Made by a program: the position numbers and the translations under genes. Below the pieces are notes generated by a model. The model searched no databases. It was not told the DNA's origin and saw only the letters and a list, made by a program, of their open reading frames with translations. This document shows, one piece after another, positions 43,594 to 52,905 of a stretch of DNA of 53,006 nucleotides. Positions within the stretch are counted from its first letter, which is position 1. Every line of letters begins with the position of its first letter. The stretch comes from Candidatus Moraniibacteriota bacterium (GTDB lineage Bacteria; Patescibacteriota; Minisyncoccia; Moranbacterales; UBA2206), in assembly GCA_030679985.1 (NCBI GenBank), contig JAUXSI010000026.1, positions 1 to 53,006 on the forward strand, written 5' to 3'.

Positions 43594-44634
43594 ATGGATA
43601 AGATCATGGAAGAGACAAAAGTTGAAACAGCCGAAATTGAGGAGGCCAAGACGGAAGGAAAGCGGTTGCAGGTCCTTAGCGACAGGTGCCGGAAGATTTT
43701 TTGTGAGAAAAAGCGTCCGATTATCGCCGGACTGGCGGTTTTGCTGGTCATCGCGATCGGAGTCGGCGTGTATTTCTATAAATTCAGGACCGAGGATATC
43801 GGTTTGGAGGGCGCCAAGAACAAGGTCTTGGAATTCGTGAACGGCAATTTGTTGCAACCCGGGACGGTTGCGACCGTGGAAGACGCTGAGCGGGAGGGCG
43901 GTTTGTACAAAATCACCATAAATATCGCCGGAAAACAGAAAGTGGCGACCTACCTGACCAAGGACGGCAAGAAGTTTTTCCCGGAGGGCATGGATACGGA
44001 TGTCGAGAAGCGGGAAGTCGCCGAAAAGCAACCCGAGGAAGTGAAGGAAGTCCCTAAAAATGACAAGCCGGTCATCGATCTGTATGTGATGAGTTTTTGC
44101 CCTTTCGGAAACAAGGCCGAAGACACCTTGAAACCGGCGTATGATTTGTTGAAGAAAAAAGTCGATTTCAATTTCCATTATATCGTAAGCTCCAATGGCG
44201 AAGAGATCCTGTCGCTCCATGGGCCGAAAGAAGTCGCGCAGAACGAAAGGGAAGCTTGCGTGTTGAAAAATTATGGCAAGGACAGATGGTTTTCTTTCGT
44301 AGCCTACGTGAATAAGAATTGCGGCAGTGACGGGGCTTGCTGGGAAACCGGGATAAGGAGTATGGGCTTGTCAGTGGACAAAATAAACAACTGCGTCAAT
44401 TCGGAAGGCTCGGCCTTGATGAAAGAAAATGAAAAGGCTTCGACGGAAGCCGGCGCCCAGGGATCTCCGACGATGTTGATCAACGGGGTTCCGACCAGGA
44501 CGGTATATCAATATGGTAATTCCGAGGTTTACAAACAGGTGGTTTGCGACGCTTTCAATAAGGCTCCGGCCGAGTGCGCGAAAAAATTGAGCACGCAAGC
44601 GGCAGTGACGGAAGGCGGCAGCTGCGGAAATTAG
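43594..44634 (+). CDS. membrane-anchored DsbA/GILT-like thioredoxin-fold protein (CPFG active-site variant)
   Basis: TM helix (IIAGLAVLLVIAIGVGVYFY). DLYVMSFCPFGNKAE active-site region. cis-Pro loop GSPTMLINGV. Confidence 0.75.
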   Translation: MDKIMEETKVETAEIEEAKTEGKRLQVLSDRCRKIFCEKKRPIIAGLAVLLVIAIGVGVYFYKFRTEDIGLEGAKNKVLEFVNGNLLQPGTVATVEDAEREGGLYKITINIAGKQKVATYLTKDGKKFFPEGMDTDVEKREVAEKQPEEVKEVPKNDKPVIDLYVMSFCPFGNKAEDTLKPAYDLLKKKVDFNFHYIVSSNGEEILSLHGPKEVAQNEREACVLKNYGKDRWFSFVAYVNKNCGSDGACWETGIRSMGLSVDKINNCVNSEGSALMKENEKASTEAGAQGSPTMLINGVPTRTVYQYGNSEVYKQVVCDAFNKAPAECAKKLSTQAAVTEGGSCGN

Positions 44635-44651
44635 GACGGACTTAGGAAAAG

Positions 44652-44683
44652 AAAAAAGGGATTCCTGCGGGAATCCCTTTTTT
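44652..44683. terminator. bidirectional terminator after the DsbA-like gene
   Basis: AAAAAAGGGATTCC tgcg GGAATCCCTTTTTT. Confidence 0.85.
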
Positions 44684-44749
44684 GTCGGGCTGCCCGCTGA
44701 AAAACGGATCGGGAAGGGAATGGTTTTTCGGGGACGGTTGTAATACGGA

Positions 44750-45466
44750 TTGGGACTGGAAATAATTCGAAAACATAAAGCTATGGGAAGAAGAAATATT
44801 AAAAATAAGCTAATCATCCTTTTTGGCATAATGATTATGGCGGCTTTCATATTTTCGGATTCCCAGGCGGTTTTGGTCCGGCGTGCCAGTATGGCCGGTT
44901 TTGACGCGGGAGGATATTTCAATGCCGGCTATCCGTTGGGAATCCTTGATCTTGATACATATGCCGCAGGTCAATGTGAAAATCAGATGGACGGAAAAGT
45001 GTGCTCGGAACTGTGTCCCGGAACGGTCAAAGGTGAAGAAATAATAGTTTCGGAGGGAGAGAGCGTGCCAGCGGAACCGGCGATCGTGCCTCCCGTGGAA
45101 AAGGTGGAAGTGATTCCGGCGCAACCGGAAGTCCCGTCTGCGCCCAAGGTCGCGGCAAAAAAAGCCAGTAGTAAGACGAAGCCTGCCGCGGTGGCGGTGA
45201 ATCCTCCGAAAATGACGGCTGGCCGGGGAGTCCGGATAGGCGTGGCGGGTCCGATCGCCGGAAAAACGAAAGTGGTCAATGGCCAGCGGGTCTGTCCCAA
45301 AAAGAACGACCATCCGGCTAAGAGTGATAGGAACAAGCCAGGTCATATCGACGCCGAATGTTGTCTGGATCCGGATGAGACCCCGAACGCGAACTGTTAT
45401 TATCCGCCGGAAAAGTACGGCAAGCTTATCCAGCGGTATCTGGCCGGCAAGAAAAACAAGAAATAA
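44750..45466 (+). CDS. membrane-anchored hypothetical protein with Cys-rich C-terminus
   Basis: TM helix (LIILFGIMIMAAFIF), Pro/Val/Ala linker and C-terminal CPKK...AECCLDPDETPNANCYYPPEKYG. The start may be the internal ATG at 44783. Confidence 0.6.
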   Translation: MGLEIIRKHKAMGRRNIKNKLIILFGIMIMAAFIFSDSQAVLVRRASMAGFDAGGYFNAGYPLGILDLDTYAAGQCENQMDGKVCSELCPGTVKGEEIIVSEGESVPAEPAIVPPVEKVEVIPAQPEVPSAPKVAAKKASSKTKPAAVAVNPPKMTAGRGVRIGVAGPIAGKTKVVNGQRVCPKKNDHPAKSDRNKPGHIDAECCLDPDETPNANCYYPPEKYGKLIQRYLAGKKNKK

Positions 45467-45469
45467 TTC

Positions 45470-45498
45470 TTGCCGTAGCGGGGATATTCTGGTTTAAT
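45470..45498 (+). promoter_or_regulatory. candidate uvrA promoter TTGCCG-N17-TTTAAT
   Basis: Hexamers at 45470-45475 and 45493-45498. Confidence 0.4.
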
Positions 45499-45567
45499 GG
45501 CAATACCGCAACGGAACCGATTCGCGATGGAGCGATCGCATGCCGGGTTTGGCCGCGGAGCAATCTT

Positions 45568-48453
45568 ATGGACAAAATAGTCATCAAAGGCGCCAGGGAA
45601 CACAATTTGAAGAATATAGACCTGGAATTGCCGCGCGATAAATTCATAGTCTTTACGGGTATCAGCGGGTCGGGCAAATCGACCTTGGCTTTTGATACGA
45701 TTTTTGCCGAAGGCCAGCGGCGGTATTTGGAAAGCCTATCTTCTTACGCCCGGCAATTCTTGGGCCAGATGGACAAGCCGGACGTGGATTATATCGAAGG
45801 CTTGTCGCCGGCCATCTCCATTTCGCAGAAAGCCGCTTCACAGAATCCGCGCTCGACGGTCGGCACGGTGACGGAAATCCATGACTATCTGCGTCTGCTG
45901 TTCGCCAAGATCGGTATCCCGCATTGTCCGGTTTGCGGACGCGAGATCGCCAAGCTTTCCACGGATGAAATCGTGGATCGGGTGATCGGAATCGGCGAGG
46001 GCCGGGAAATTGAAATTCTGGCGCCGATCGTACGGCAACGGAAGGGCGAATATTCTTCGCTGTTGGAGGAGATGTGGAAGCGGGGATTTTCCGGCGCTTA
46101 TATTAATGGCAAAAAAATCGAATTGTCGGCCAAGGCGGGCGCGGCGGCCAAATTGGAGAGATATAAAAAGCACAACATCGATATCACGGTGGATACCGTG
46201 AAGATCCAGGATGGGAATATCTCGCGGATTTTTGAAGACGTGGAGAAAGCTTTGAAATTGGCGGATGGTTTAGTGAAAATAAAAATCCAAAACTCAAAAT
46301 CCAAAAATAAATCAGAATCGGAATTTGTGTATAATCAGAAATTATCTTGCCCAGTGCACGAAGTGGAATTCCCAGCGCTGGAGCCGCGGTTGTTTTCTTT
46401 CAATTCGCCGTATGGCGCGTGTCCCGCTTGTGAAGGTTTGGGCACGAAAAAAGAAATCGATCCCGACCTGGTCATCCCCGACAATACCAAGACTATCGCG
46501 GAGGGTGGGGTTTTCCCGTGGAATTTCAAAAAAAACAATTATTATGGCGGCGTGCTGTTGTCGGTATGCAAATACTTCCATATCGCGGATAATGTCAGGA
46601 TCAAAGATTTGCCCGAACGCCAATTGAACATCCTGTTGTTCGGGGCGGCGGACGCGGAGGATATGGTTCCGGAAGAAGATGCGGAGGAAGTGCCGATCAA
46701 AGTGCGGGCCAAGACCGGCACGAGCTGGAGTTTCCATATGCGCTGGCGCGGAGTGACCGGTTTTTTGCAAGACCGTTATTTCAAGACCGAATCGGAGGCG
46801 GTGCGCGAAGGCATCGAAAAATATATGTCGCAGAATCCCTGCTCGGTTTGCAAGGGCAAAAGATATAAACCGGAAGTTTTACTGGTGACGGTCGGAGGCA
46901 GGAATATCGCCGGCGTGTCGGATGTGAGCGTGGCGGATTCGCTGGATTTTTTCAAAAAATTGGAAATAAACAAGACTGAGGAGTTGATCGCGGGCAGGAT
47001 TTTGAAGGAAATCCAAGCGCGGCTCGGATTTTTGGAAAACGTCGGATTGGGCTATCTGACTTTGTCGCGCTCTGCGGCTACTTTGGCGGGCGGCGAATCG
47101 CAACGGATCCGTTTGGCTTCGCAGATCGGTTCGCAGTTGGTAGGGGTGCTGTATATTTTGGACGAGCCGTCCATCGGATTGCACGCGCGGGACAATACCA
47201 AATTACTCGACACGCTTTTGCAGCTGCGCGATATCGGCAATACCCTGATCGTGATCGAACATGACGAGGAGACGATGCGCGAGGCGGATTATCTGGTGGA
47301 TATCGGACCGGGCGCGGGACGTTTGGGCGGGGAAATCGTAGCCCAAGGCACGCCGGAGGAAGTGATGAAAAACCAGAAATCCTTGACGGCCAAGTATCTG
47401 AACCATGAACTCAAAATCGAAGTGCCGGCGGCGCGGCGCGGCGTAAAGAATAAGAAATGGCTGGTGGTGCGTGGGGCGCGGGAAAATAATTTGAAAAACG
47501 TGACGGTGGAATTTCCTCTGAAGGTCTTGACGGTGGTGACCGGAGTGTCCGGTTCGGGCAAATCGACGCTGGTGGAAGATATATTATATAAAACCTTATC
47601 GAGCAAACTGATGCGTTCCTTGGAAAAACCGGGCAAGCACTCGGAAATCATCGGCTTGCAGCATATTAACAAAGTGATTATGATCGACCAGTCGCCGATC
47701 GGCCGCACGCCCAGATCGAACCCCGCGACGTATTCCGGGCTTTTCACGCCGATCCGCGAACTGTTCGCTTCGACCAAGGGGGCGAAAAGCAAAGGTTACG
47801 GGCCAGGCCGCTTTTCTTTCAATGTGAAGGGCGGGCGGTGCGACAACTGCCAGGGCGAGGGCCATATCAAGATCGAGATGCAATTTATGCCGGACGTCTA
47901 TCTGCCGTGCGATGTGTGCAAAGGCAAGCGGTACAACCGGGAAACCCTGGAAGTCAGATATAAGGAAAAAAATATTTCCGAGGTTTTGGATATGACCGTT
48001 TCGGAAGCCAAAGATTTTTTCCAGAGCTTCCATGATATTTATGACAAGTTAGCGGTTTTGGAAGATGTCGGTTTGGGCTATATCCATCTGGGCCAATCAG
48101 CCACCACGCTTTCCGGCGGAGAGGCGCAACGGATCAAATTGGCCACCGAGCTTTCTCGGCGCGCTACCGGCGATACGCTCTACATTTTGGACGAGCCGAC
48201 GACCGGCCTGCACTTCGACGACATTAAGAAATTATTGATCGTCCTAAACCGCCTGGTGGACGCGGGCAATACGGTAATCGTGATCGAGCACAATATGGAT
48301 GTCATCAAGACGGCCGATTGGATCATCGACTTGGGTCCGGAAGGCGGCGACCAGGGCGGGCGCGTCATCGTGACTGGCTCTCCGGAAGATGTCGCCACTT
48401 ACTATGAAGAAAGCTATACTGCGAAATATCTGCGGGATTTTTTGAAACGCTGA
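45568..48453 (+). CDS. uvrA: excinuclease ABC subunit A (copy 1)
   Basis: [14 protein letters not shown] and [13 protein letters not shown] Walker A motifs. LSGGESQRIRLA and [12 protein letters not shown] signatures. Zinc modules present. Full class-I length. Confidence 0.97.
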   Translation: MDKIVIKGAREHNLKNIDLELPRDKFIVFTGISGSGKSTLAFDTIFAEGQRRYLESLSSYARQFLGQMDKPDVDYIEGLSPAISISQKAASQNPRSTVGTVTEIHDYLRLLFAKIGIPHCPVCGREIAKLSTDEIVDRVIGIGEGREIEILAPIVRQRKGEYSSLLEEMWKRGFSGAYINGKKIELSAKAGAAAKLERYKKHNIDITVDTVKIQDGNISRIFEDVEKALKLADGLVKIKIQNSKSKNKSESEFVYNQKLSCPVHEVEFPALEPRLFSFNSPYGACPACEGLGTKKEIDPDLVIPDNTKTIAEGGVFPWNFKKNNYYGGVLLSVCKYFHIADNVRIKDLPERQLNILLFGAADAEDMVPEEDAEEVPIKVRAKTGTSWSFHMRWRGVTGFLQDRYFKTESEAVREGIEKYMSQNPCSVCKGKRYKPEVLLVTVGGRNIAGVSDVSVADSLDFFKKLEINKTEELIAGRILKEIQARLGFLENVGLGYLTLSRSAATLAGGESQRIRLASQIGSQLVGVLYILDEPSIGLHARDNTKLLDTLLQLRDIGNTLIVIEHDEETMREADYLVDIGPGAGRLGGEIVAQGTPEEVMKNQKSLTAKYLNHELKIEVPAARRGVKNKKWLVVRGARENNLKNVTVEFPLKVLTVVTGVSGSGKSTLVEDILYKTLSSKLMRSLEKPGKHSEIIGLQHINKVIMIDQSPIGRTPRSNPATYSGLFTPIRELFASTKGAKSKGYGPGRFSFNVKGGRCDNCQGEGHIKIEMQFMPDVYLPCDVCKGKRYNRETLEVRYKEKNISEVLDMTVSEAKDFFQSFHDIYDKLAVLEDVGLGYIHLGQSATTLSGGEAQRIKLATELSRRATGDTLYILDEPTTGLHFDDIKKLLIVLNRLVDAGNTVIVIEHNMDVIKTADWIIDLGPEGGDQGGRVIVTGSPEDVATYYEESYTAKYLRDFLKR
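46282..46309 (+). repeat. in-frame AT-rich 14-nt tandem duplication inside uvrA copy 1
   Basis: AAAATCCAAAACTC followed by AAAATCCAAAAATA; encodes part of KIQNSKSKNKSE. Confidence 0.8.
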
Positions 48454-48469
48454 TAGCCTCGACGACCCT

Positions 48470-49774
48470 ATGGATATGATAAAGATAATTGAAAAAGCCA
48501 AGACCTTGCCGCAGGATCCCGGGGTGTATATTTTTCGCGATGCGAAGAAGGAAATTATTTACGTCGGTAAGGCGACGGATTTGAGGTCGCGGGTCAGCTC
48601 ATACTTCCGCAATTATAAGGGCAGTGATCGGCCGATCGAAGCGATGATCCATCAAGTGGAAAGCGTCGAGGTGGAAGAAACGGATTCGGTTCTGGACGCG
48701 TTGATCCTGGAGGCCAACCTTATCCGGAAGCATCAGCCGAAATATAACGTGCTGGGGAAGGACGATAAATCGTTCGCGTATTTCGCCATAACCGAAGAAG
48801 AATTTCCGCGGGTGGTGATTTTGAGAGAAACAGAAATAGATAAAATTTCAAATTTTAAATTTCAAATTTCAAATAAAATCCAAAAAATAAAATCCAAAAA
48901 AGTAGATAAAATAGTCTATGCTAAAGTTTTTGGACCATACACTTCAAAGAAGCAGATGGAAATCGCGCTGAAAATAATCCGGAGAATTTTCCCTTTCCAT
49001 TCAAATAAGCAAAAAACGGAAAAGGGCTGCCTGGATTTCCAACTGGGCCGATGCCCGGGGCCATACGCGCGGGCGATTTCCAAAGCGGATTACCGGAAAA
49101 ATATCCGGGGCATCCGGATGATTTTGGAGGGCAAGAAAAAGAATCTGCTTGGAAAATTGGAAAGGGAAATGGAATTATTGGCGGAAAGCGATGAATTCGA
49201 AAAAGCCGCCGAGGTACGGAATAAGATTTTCGCCTTGAAGCATATCCAGGACGTGGCGCTTATTTCGTCCGGAGGCGATAAATTACAAATTACAAATTCA
49301 AAACTATTCCGAGTGGAGGCCTATGACATCTCCAATATTTCCGGCCGGCAAGCGGTGGGTTCGATGGCCGTATTTGAGAATGGCGAGCCGAATAAAAACG
49401 AATATCGCAAATTCCGCATAAAGACCGTGGAAGGCGCCAACGATGTGGCGATGATGGGCGAGGTCCTGCTGCGGCGCTTCAAGAACGCGTGGCGGCAGCC
49501 GGACCTGATATTGCTGGATGGCGGGCAGGGACATCTGAATATGGCGCAAAAACTTCTGTATGATCTGGGGTTGGCGATTCCGCTGGCGGCAGTGGCGAAA
49601 GGCCCGACCAGGAAAAAGATAGAAGTCAGGGTCCCGTCCGATCCGGCGTCCGGTTTTTCCAAAGAGATTGAGAATATATTGCGTGACAAATCGTTACTTA
49701 AAAACATTATGGACGAAGCGCACCGTTTCGCGGTCAGCTATCATCGGAAAGTGAGGAAAAGCGAGTTTATTTGA
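48470..49774 (+). CDS. uvrC: excinuclease ABC subunit C, short form lacking the C-terminal (HhH)2 domain
   Basis: GIY-YIG (GVYIFRD..IIYVGKATDLRSRVSSY), UVR domain (EFEKAAEVRNKIFALKHI) and RNase-H-like endonuclease domain (RVEAYDISNISG...DEAHRFAVSYHRK). Stops right after the last. Confidence 0.93.
   Translation: MDMIKIIEKAKTLPQDPGVYIFRDAKKEIIYVGKATDLRSRVSSYFRNYKGSDRPIEAMIHQVESVEVEETDSVLDALILEANLIRKHQPKYNVLGKDDKSFAYFAITEEEFPRVVILRETEIDKISNFKFQISNKIQKIKSKKVDKIVYAKVFGPYTSKKQMEIALKIIRRIFPFHSNKQKTEKGCLDFQLGRCPGPYARAISKADYRKNIRGIRMILEGKKKNLLGKLEREMELLAESDEFEKAAEVRNKIFALKHIQDVALISSGGDKLQITNSKLFRVEAYDISNISGRQAVGSMAVFENGEPNKNEYRKFRIKTVEGANDVAMMGEVLLRRFKNAWRQPDLILLDGGQGHLNMAQKLLYDLGLAIPLAAVAKGPTRKKIEVRVPSDPASGFSKEIENILRDKSLLKNIMDEAHRFAVSYHRKVRKSEFI
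48843..48900 (+). repeat. in-frame AT-rich 14-nt tandem duplications inside uvrC
   Basis: AAATTTCAAATTTT/AAATTTCAAATTTC (48843-48870), then ATAAAATCCAAAAA x2 perfect (48873-48900). Encodes ISNFKFQISNKIQKIKSKK. Confidence 0.85.
49280..49300 (+). repeat. 7-nt x3 tandem repeat inside uvrC
   Basis: AAATTAC AAATTAC AAATTCA, encoding KLQITNS. Confidence 0.7.
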
Positions 49775-49920
49775 CCTTTGCCCGGCGGTATCGGCGCGGA
49801 TTTGTCGCGGAAGCCGGGGGTCGGGAATCTAAGCGGCCCGGTTCCTTTACAAAGACGTCGGAATGCTCTAAAATAATTATTTAGAATATCGTTTTTTACT
49901 CCTAACAACTATTTACAAAT

Positions 49921-52773
49921 ATGGCCAAAGTCACTCCAAAAGTCAGGGATAAGATCATTATCAGAGGCGCCCGGGTCAATAATCTGAAAAACGTGGATAT
50001 CGATGTGCCACGGGACCAATTGGTGGTCGTGACGGGCTTGTCCGGATCGGGAAAATCATCCTTGGCGTTCGACGTGATTTATGCCGAAGGCAATCGCCGG
50101 TATTTGGAGGGGATGTCTTCATATGCGCGGCAATTTTTGGACGTGGGGGCGAAGCCCGATGTGGATAAAGTGGAGAACCTGAGCCCGACGATTTCCATCG
50201 ACCAGAAAAGTTTGAGCCGCAGTCCGCGCTCGACAGTCGGGACGCTGACGGAAATTTATGATTATCTGCGTGTGCTGTTCGCCAAGGTCGGCGCGCCGCA
50301 TTGTCCGAAATGCGGCACCGTGATGACCCGCAAGAGCAACCAGGAAATGCTGGATGAGCTTTTGGGATTGCCGGATCAGACGCAGGTATCGATCCTGGCC
50401 AGGCTAAAGGACGACGGCAAGAATTCCAAAGAGATTTTGCGCGGCATAAGCCAGATCGGCTATGCGCGTGCGCGCCTCAATGGCAAGATAATGCTAGTCA
50501 GCGAAGCCTTGATGATCGCCAGCGAGCAGTTTGAGAATGCGATCGAAGTCGTAGTGGATCGGGTAGCCATCAAACACAAGAATCCGGATAGCGAAAGGAT
50601 TTTGGATTCGATTGAAACGGCTTTGAAAGTCGGCAACGGTTCTATCACGGTTTCGATCAATAATGTCGAAGACCGGGTATATAATAAGGATTTCGTCTGC
50701 CACGATTGCCATACGCGGATTTCGGAAATAACCCCCCGCCATTTTTCTTTCAATAGTCCGGAAGGAGCTTGTGTCCACTGTTCCGGCTTGGGCATTACCA
50801 AAGAGGTCGATATCGACCTGGTGATGCCCAATAAGAATCTGACGCTCGCGGAGGGGGCGATTTTGCCGTGGAGCAAAACGAACGGCCGCGGCAACGGACA
50901 TAATAATTATCTCCATATATTGGAAGTTTTGGGAAAGGAATATGGTTTTTCAGTGGCGTTGCCGGTCAAGAAACTCTCCCCGGAAGCATTGGAAATGATC
51001 TTTTACGGCCCGGAAAAAAAAGAGCTCTTGCTTGAGCAGAAGGACGATATGGGTGGCGTGAAAGAAGTGCGGGTGATGTTCGATGGCGTGGTCCCGATTC
51101 TTAAAAGGAAATACCAGGAAGCCAGTTCGGATTATGTCCGGAATGATTTGGAAAAATATATGCTGGAAAAAACCTGTCCGGTCTGCGCCGGCCAAAGGTT
51201 GAAGGATAAGTTTTTGGCAGTGATGGTCAGTGGAAAATCGATTGACGATGTGGTGAAGATGGACTTGGCCAAATTCGTGGCATTTTTAGAGGAGTTGGCC
51301 GGCGATTCGAAAGCGGACAGCTCGAGAAGGGATATTGCCGCGCCTTTGATCAAGGAGATGAAGTTGAAAACCGAAGCGCTGATAAATGTCGGATTGGAAT
51401 ATCTTTCGCTTTCCCGCGGAGCCAATTCGATTTCAGGCGGCGAAGCCCAGCGGATCAGGCTGGCAACCCAGATCGGTTCTGAACTGATGGGCATCACCTA
51501 TGTCCTGGACGAGCCGTCTATCGGATTGCATAACCGCGATACGGAAAAATTGATCGCGACGATGCAAGCCTTGAAAGAAGCCGGCAATTCATTGATCGTG
51601 GTGGAGCACGATGACGACATCATCCGCAAGGCCGACTGGATAATCGATATGGGGCCGGGCGCGGGAGAAGAGGGCGGACAGGTCATTTTTCAAGGCGATT
51701 TCAAAAAGTTGTTGGATTCCAAAAACTTGACCGCCCAATATCTGACCGGCAAGAAAAAAGTCGCGGATAAGAAATCTTTCCGCAAGGGCAACAACAAATC
51801 AATCGAAATTATCGGAGCCAAGGAACATAATTTGAAAAAAATAGACGTGGAGATTCCGCTGGGGAAATTCGTTTCCATTACGGGCGTATCGGGTTCCGGC
51901 AAGTCGACCTTGGTTTCGGACATTCTGGCGAAAGCGCTGGCAAGGCATTTTTTCGGCGCCAAAGATATGCCGGGAGCGCATAGCAAGATCAAGGGATTGA
52001 ATAATATCGATAAAGTCATCAGCATCAACCAGTCCCCGATCGGTCGGACCCCGCGTTCCAATGCCGCGACTTATACGGGCGTGTTTTCCTTGATCCGCGA
52101 ATTGTTCGTTTCTACGGAAGAAGCCAGTAGCCGGGGATATACCCCGAGCCGGTTCAGTTTCAATATGAAGGGCGGACGATGCGAAGTTTGCCAAGGCGAC
52201 GGAACTAAGAAAATCGAGATGCATCTTTTGCCGGATATGTATGTCAAATGCGAATCCTGCGGCGGCACGAGATATAACCAGAAGACGCTTGATATCGAAT
52301 ATCAGGGAGTGAATATCGCCGAAGTGCTGGATATGAGCGTTTCCTACGCGCTATGTTTTTTCAAAAAATCACCCTTGGTGGTGGAAAAACTGCGGACTCT
52401 CGAACAGGTCGGCCTGGGCTATTTGAAATTGGGCCAGAGCGCGACCAATCTGTCCGGCGGCGAGGCGCAAAGGATCAAGCTGGCGACGGAGCTTTCCCGG
52501 AAATCGACCGGTAAGACATTGTATATCTTGGATGAGCCGACCATCGGTTTGCATTTTGAAGACGTGAAGAGGCTATTAGGCGTCTTGGACGCGCTGGTGG
52601 ACAAGGGCAATTCGGTGCTGGTGGTCGAGCATAACATCGATGTCATCCGCAATTCCGATTGGGTGATCGATCTCGGACCGGACGGCGGCGACAAAGGCGG
52701 AGAGGTCGTTTTTGCCGGAACTCCGGACAAGTTGAAAAACGCCAAAAGGAGCTGGACGGGGAAATATCTCTAG
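49921..52773 (+). CDS. uvrA: excinuclease ABC subunit A (copy 2, full-length paralogue)
   Basis: [14 protein letters not shown] and [13 protein letters not shown] Walker A motifs. Two LSGGEAQRI signatures. CHDC...CVHC and CEVC...CESC zinc modules. Confidence 0.97.
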   Translation: MAKVTPKVRDKIIIRGARVNNLKNVDIDVPRDQLVVVTGLSGSGKSSLAFDVIYAEGNRRYLEGMSSYARQFLDVGAKPDVDKVENLSPTISIDQKSLSRSPRSTVGTLTEIYDYLRVLFAKVGAPHCPKCGTVMTRKSNQEMLDELLGLPDQTQVSILARLKDDGKNSKEILRGISQIGYARARLNGKIMLVSEALMIASEQFENAIEVVVDRVAIKHKNPDSERILDSIETALKVGNGSITVSINNVEDRVYNKDFVCHDCHTRISEITPRHFSFNSPEGACVHCSGLGITKEVDIDLVMPNKNLTLAEGAILPWSKTNGRGNGHNNYLHILEVLGKEYGFSVALPVKKLSPEALEMIFYGPEKKELLLEQKDDMGGVKEVRVMFDGVVPILKRKYQEASSDYVRNDLEKYMLEKTCPVCAGQRLKDKFLAVMVSGKSIDDVVKMDLAKFVAFLEELAGDSKADSSRRDIAAPLIKEMKLKTEALINVGLEYLSLSRGANSISGGEAQRIRLATQIGSELMGITYVLDEPSIGLHNRDTEKLIATMQALKEAGNSLIVVEHDDDIIRKADWIIDMGPGAGEEGGQVIFQGDFKKLLDSKNLTAQYLTGKKKVADKKSFRKGNNKSIEIIGAKEHNLKKIDVEIPLGKFVSITGVSGSGKSTLVSDILAKALARHFFGAKDMPGAHSKIKGLNNIDKVISINQSPIGRTPRSNAATYTGVFSLIRELFVSTEEASSRGYTPSRFSFNMKGGRCEVCQGDGTKKIEMHLLPDMYVKCESCGGTRYNQKTLDIEYQGVNIAEVLDMSVSYALCFFKKSPLVVEKLRTLEQVGLGYLKLGQSATNLSGGEAQRIKLATELSRKSTGKTLYILDEPTIGLHFEDVKRLLGVLDALVDKGNSVLVVEHNIDVIRNSDWVIDLGPDGGDKGGEVVFAGTPDKLKNAKRSWTGKYL

Positions 52774-52774
52774 A

Positions 52775-52802
52775 AATTTTTAATTTCCAATTTTTAATTT
52801 TA
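52775..52802. repeat. 14-nt tandem duplication just after the uvrA2 stop
   Basis: AATTTTTAATTTCC / AATTTTTAATTTTA (12 of 14 identical). Confidence 0.7.
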
Positions 52803-52808
52803 TAAATA

Positions 52809-52840
52809 CCTGCCTGCCGGTAGGCGGGAATCATAAATTT
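52809..52840. repeat. partial copy of the repeat core downstream of uvrA2
   Basis: AAATAC-CTGCCTGCCGGTAGGCGGG-AATCATAAATTTT aligns with AAATACGC-CTGCCTGCCTGCAGGCAGG-AATCTACGAAATTTT of copy B. The hairpin closes with G-U pairs on the plus strand. Confidence 0.6.
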
Positions 52841-52905
52841 TAAATTTTTTAAACCTATATTTATCCAATCGATATTTTAGGTATTAAAAATTAAAACATT
52901 ATTTA

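Noticed and set aside
45536-45543. GCGATCGC (the cyanobacterial HIP1 palindrome) in the uvrA leader.
   Set aside because: It is the only occurrence I noticed, with no iteration, so it carries no taxonomic or functional weight.
48451-48453. Possibility of an alternative genetic code (UGA read as an amino acid), as in some CPR lineages.
   Set aside because: TGA terminates uvrA copy 1, uvrC and the 23392 gene at the expected protein ends, and conserved genes show no in-frame TGA. The standard bacterial code fits.
48843-48900. AT-rich tandem repeats (also 52775-52935) considered as a CRISPR array.
   Set aside because: The units are 14-15 nt, directly adjacent with no spacers, only two copies each, and partly inside a coding frame. 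No cas genes are present.
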